64,000 bases of DNA, taken from contig CAVYBU010000006.1 of the NCBI GenBank assembly GCA_963766735.1, forward strand, positions 141,272 through 205,271. The letters run 5' to 3'. A program made the position numbers and the translations under genes. Shown here piece by piece: positions 60,646-64,000 of the stretch. How positions within the stretch are numbered: position 1 is the stretch's first letter; each line of letters begins with the position of its first letter. Source of the DNA: an uncultured Chloroflexia bacterium. Its GTDB lineage: Bacteria > Chloroflexota > Limnocylindria > Limnocylindrales > CSP1-4. The notes below the pieces were generated by a model. The model was not told the origin of the DNA, did not search any database, and was given only the letters and a program-made list of their open reading frames with translations.

Positions 60646-61666
60646 AGCCGGCCGGCCTCCAGCTCCTCGCGGATCCAGGGGATCACCTCGTCCAGCATCT
60701 GCGAGAGCGAGGTGGTCGCCTCGTAGCCCAGGACGTCGCGGGCCTTGCGGACGTCGGGCACCCGCAGCTGGACGTCGTGCTCGAACGGCGGGTCCGTGAC
60801 GTAGCGGAACGGCTTCGATCGCCGCCGTGGACCTTGTTCCAGATCATCTCGGCCAGCTCCAGCACGGTGGTGGAGGCGGCCGTGGAGAGGTTGAAGTCCT
60901 CGTTGACGGCGGCCTCGGACTCCATCGCGATCCGGATCCCGTGCGCCAGGTCCCCGCCGTAGGTGTAGTGGCGGACCTGGTGGCCCTCGCCCAGGATGTG
61001 GAGCGGGTCCTGGCCCTTGAGCGTCTTGAGCACGAGGTCCGGCACCACGTGCGAGAGGGCCAGCTTCACGTTGCCGCTCATGATGTCCGTGTCCCGGACG
61101 GCGCGTCGCTCACCGATCCCCACGCAGTTGAACGGGCGCAGGATCGTGTACGGGAGCTGGTACTGCTCCCAGGCGCCGTGGGCGAAGTACTCCGAGGCGA
61201 GCTTCTGGAACCCGTAGGTGGAGACCGGCGGCGGGGACGTCCGCTCCGCGCCCTCGGGCGTCGGGAACTGGTCCGTGCTCTCGAACACCATCGAGCTCGA
61301 CAGGACGATGATCCGCTCCAGGCGCCCGGCCCTGTGGGCGGCGATGGCCGCCTCGAACGTGGACGCGAGGATCCGCTCGTTCTCGGCCAGCAGGTCGAAG
61401 GCGAACTCGTGGAAGTAGCTGATGCCGCCGATCATCGCGGCCGCCGCCACCACCTGGTCCACGTCCGCGGCCAGCTCCGTGAGCAGCGCGACGTCCTTCG
61501 CGTCGCCCTCGACGAAGCGGTAGCGGGGGTTGTCGTCGTAGCTCTTGGCCACGCGGCCGTACTTGCTGAAGTTGTCGAGGCCCACGACCTCGTGGCCCGC
61601 CGCGAGGAGCTCCTCGACGAGGTAGCCGCAGATGAACCCGGCGGCGCCGGTGACGAGGACCTTCAT
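60642..61666 (-). CDS. NAD-dependent nucleotide-sugar epimerase/dehydratase (frameshift near 60815)
   Basis: KVLVTGAAGFI, SSSMVF, YGFQK, RPFNCVG. Confidence 0.88.
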
Positions 61667-61668
61667 GG

Positions 61669-62882
61669 CTAGAGCCGGATCCCTTCGCCGGTGGCGTTCC
61701 AGATGTCCACGACCTCGCGACCGGAGAGGTCCAGCGACCGGTAGGCGCGGTGCGGCGCCCCGATGACCAGGATCTCGCTCTGCTCCAGGACCTCGTCCAC
61801 GGGCGACGAGGCGGTCGTCCGCGACGTACGGGTCGGTGCACAGGACGCGGGCGCCGGCCCACTCCAGGAGCTTGCGCAGCTTGAAGCTCAGCGAGGCGCG
61901 GATGTCATCCGACTCCGCCTTGAACGCCATGCCCAGGATGCCGACGGTCCGCCCGCGCAGGCTGCCGTGCCGGCGCTCCAGCGCGGTGACGATGTAGGCG
62001 GGCATGCCCTCGTTGATCTGCATCGCGGCCTGGCCCATCGGGAAGTGGTCCGACGTGAACGCCGCCAGCTGCATCGTGTCCTTGAACAGGCAGGGGCCCG
62101 CGGCGAAGCCCGGGCCGGGCAGGTCCGCGGCACGCGGGTAGTCGTCCCGGATTGCATCCAGGATGTTCGTGTAGTCCACGCCCGCCTGGTCCGCGATGGC
62201 GAAGAACTGGTTCGCCACGGCGAACTTCATGTACCGCCACGTGTTGGTGAACAGCTTGGAGAGCTCGGCCTCCTTGGTGGAGGTCCGGATGGTCTTCGCC
62301 GTCAGGCGGCCGAAGAGAGCCGCCGCGCGGTCGCCGGCGGCCGGCGTATCCGCGCCGATGATCTGGGGCAGTGAGTGGAGCTCCTCCAGCGCGTGCCCCT
62401 CCGCGATCCGCTCCGGGCAGAAGGCCACGTCCACGTGGCAGCCGCGCTCCTGCGAGGGCGGTGGCGACGTAGGCAGTGGTGCCCGGGTAGACCGTGCTCC
62501 GCAGGACCACGAGCGCACCTTCGCGGACGTGCGGGGCGATCTGGTCCACGGCCCGCTCGAACACGCGCATGGACGGGCCGAGGAACTCGTCCACTGGCGT
62601 GCCGATGACCAGGATCACGGCCTCCGCTCGCCCGATCATCGCGGCGGAGGAGCCGAGCTCCAGGCGGCCAGTCTCCAGCACCTTCGGCAGCAGCTGGTCC
62701 GCGCCGTTCTCGAGGAACGGCATCTCGCCGCGCCCGATCTGCTCCAGCGTGGCCTCGTTGATGTCGAAGATACCCACGCGCAGGCCGGCGTCCGCCAGCG
62801 CGAGGCTGAGCGGAAGGCCGACGTGGCCGCCCCCGCCGAGCACGACGACGTCCAGCACCCCGGTGGTGTCCGTATGCACCAT
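61669..62882 (-). CDS. UDP-glucose/GDP-mannose dehydrogenase family (frameshifts near 62455 and 61800)
   Basis: GGGGHVGLP, LRSTVYPGTT, CPER, AELSK..TN, GPCLFKD, GMAFKAESDDIR.S. Confidence 0.88.
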
Positions 62883-62889
62883 GCCGGCG

Positions 62890-63800
62890 ACTCTAGCAGA
62901 GCGCCGGGGCCGTCAACCGGGACCCGAAGGTACCGGTGCAGCCCGCCGTCGGGGTTCGAGTCCTGCCGATGGTGCGTCTGGATCTCCTTGCAGGCAACGC
63001 CCCTCTCTATGGCGACGGTTCGGCGTCTGTCACCGGCGCAGGGTCCTGTCGTTAGCGTCTGCCGCTTGGCCCGTCGTCGCGTTGCCCACGCGACGAGCGG
63101 CACTGCCATGAGAGGCAGGGACCCGAGGCTATACAGGAGCGGGATGCTCGCATTGCGCAGGGCCGTGACGTAGTCGATCCAGAGAGGCAGGGCGACGATG
63201 AGGATCGCTGACATCACAGCGGCGATCCCGCCATGTTCGGTGCCGGATCCCCAACAGTGCGAGCAGGGCAAGGTGGGCTTGATCGTGACGAGGATCGCGG
63301 GCCACCCGAACCGGAGCCCGGCGGCGATCGCGGCGACGATCCAGATGTCCGATTCCCGAAGAGCCGGGCGCCGACCGCTGCGCGGCCACAGCAACAGGGC
63401 GACGCAGACAGCGAGCGTCACGGGAGCGGGCCTCCACGATGCGACGCACCATCCAACAGCCGTCGGATGATCCACCAGAGGACCGCAGGCAGGACAGTGA
63501 AGCGGTTCGAACAGAAGCAGGGCCGACGGCGGATCGATGTCCACCGGCGTGCCTGTCCCAAGAAGCGTCGCGACATATGGCCCTGCGAGTTGCCTCGGGA
63601 GGTAGTAGGAACCGTCGGCGAGCCACTGGGCGCCGACCGATGGATGAACCCGAAGTCCATCGCCAGCCACATCCCTCCGCCCTGGGATGGGATCACTGTG
63701 AGCGCCAAGTCAGCCCCCTCAACGGCGACCACGACCGCCAGCGCGATCGGCAGCAGAGCCCCGAACCATCCCCTTCCACGCCTGACCCGGTCCGATGGGT
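62890..63800 (-). pseudogene. GT87-like membrane protein, multiply frameshifted
   Basis: Fragments QWLADGSYYLPRQLAGPY, PPSALLLF, IWIVAAIAAG...TIKP in different frames; boundaries approximate. Confidence 0.5.
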
Positions 63801-64000
63801 AGCTTCATCCGCAGCCCGGTCGCATCCAGGGGAAGCGCTTGGCAATAGCCGATCCACGTATGAAATCTCAGTCCCGCGATAGGATGAGGTTCAGGCATTT
63901 CGCCACATTCGTGGAAGTGGGTTCACTAGACAATCCTTGTGTACGCGACAGGGCCATTCAGACCCAGTTGCCTCGGACAAGGATTGACCCGTCCCCATCC

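Overview
High-GC chromosomal window. Gene content, GAAC-N4-GTTC LexA boxes and frequent apparently leaderless genes fit a monoderm bacterium such as Chloroflexota (inference). Housekeeping content: tRNA-Glu, tdh-kbl, an ECF sigma pair, argS, a folate-dependent histidine-utilisation set (hutH/U/I, formiminotransferase, cyclodeaminase, folD, fhs), dinB, rplI, lexA, dnaB, pcm, two surface proteins with LPPT-TM-basic tails and a GT-C-rich glycosylation cluster. Many single-base frameshifts, including one in essential argS, point to assembly indels. The main discovery is at ~44.9-52.4 kb. A MalT-like/BTAD regulator is followed by a sigma70 promoter, a c-di-GMP-II riboswitch with terminator, two tiny ORFs sharing a C-terminal LKG-aromatic motif (MAPSKGLKGW and a 29-aa signal-peptide-like precursor ending GGASLKGF), a membrane-sensor HD-GYP phosphodiesterase and a DUF5317-like (LspA-like motifs)-MFS fusion. 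Together these form a candidate peptide-signalling circuit coupled to c-di-GMP. All family assignments are from motif recognition by eye; no searches were run.
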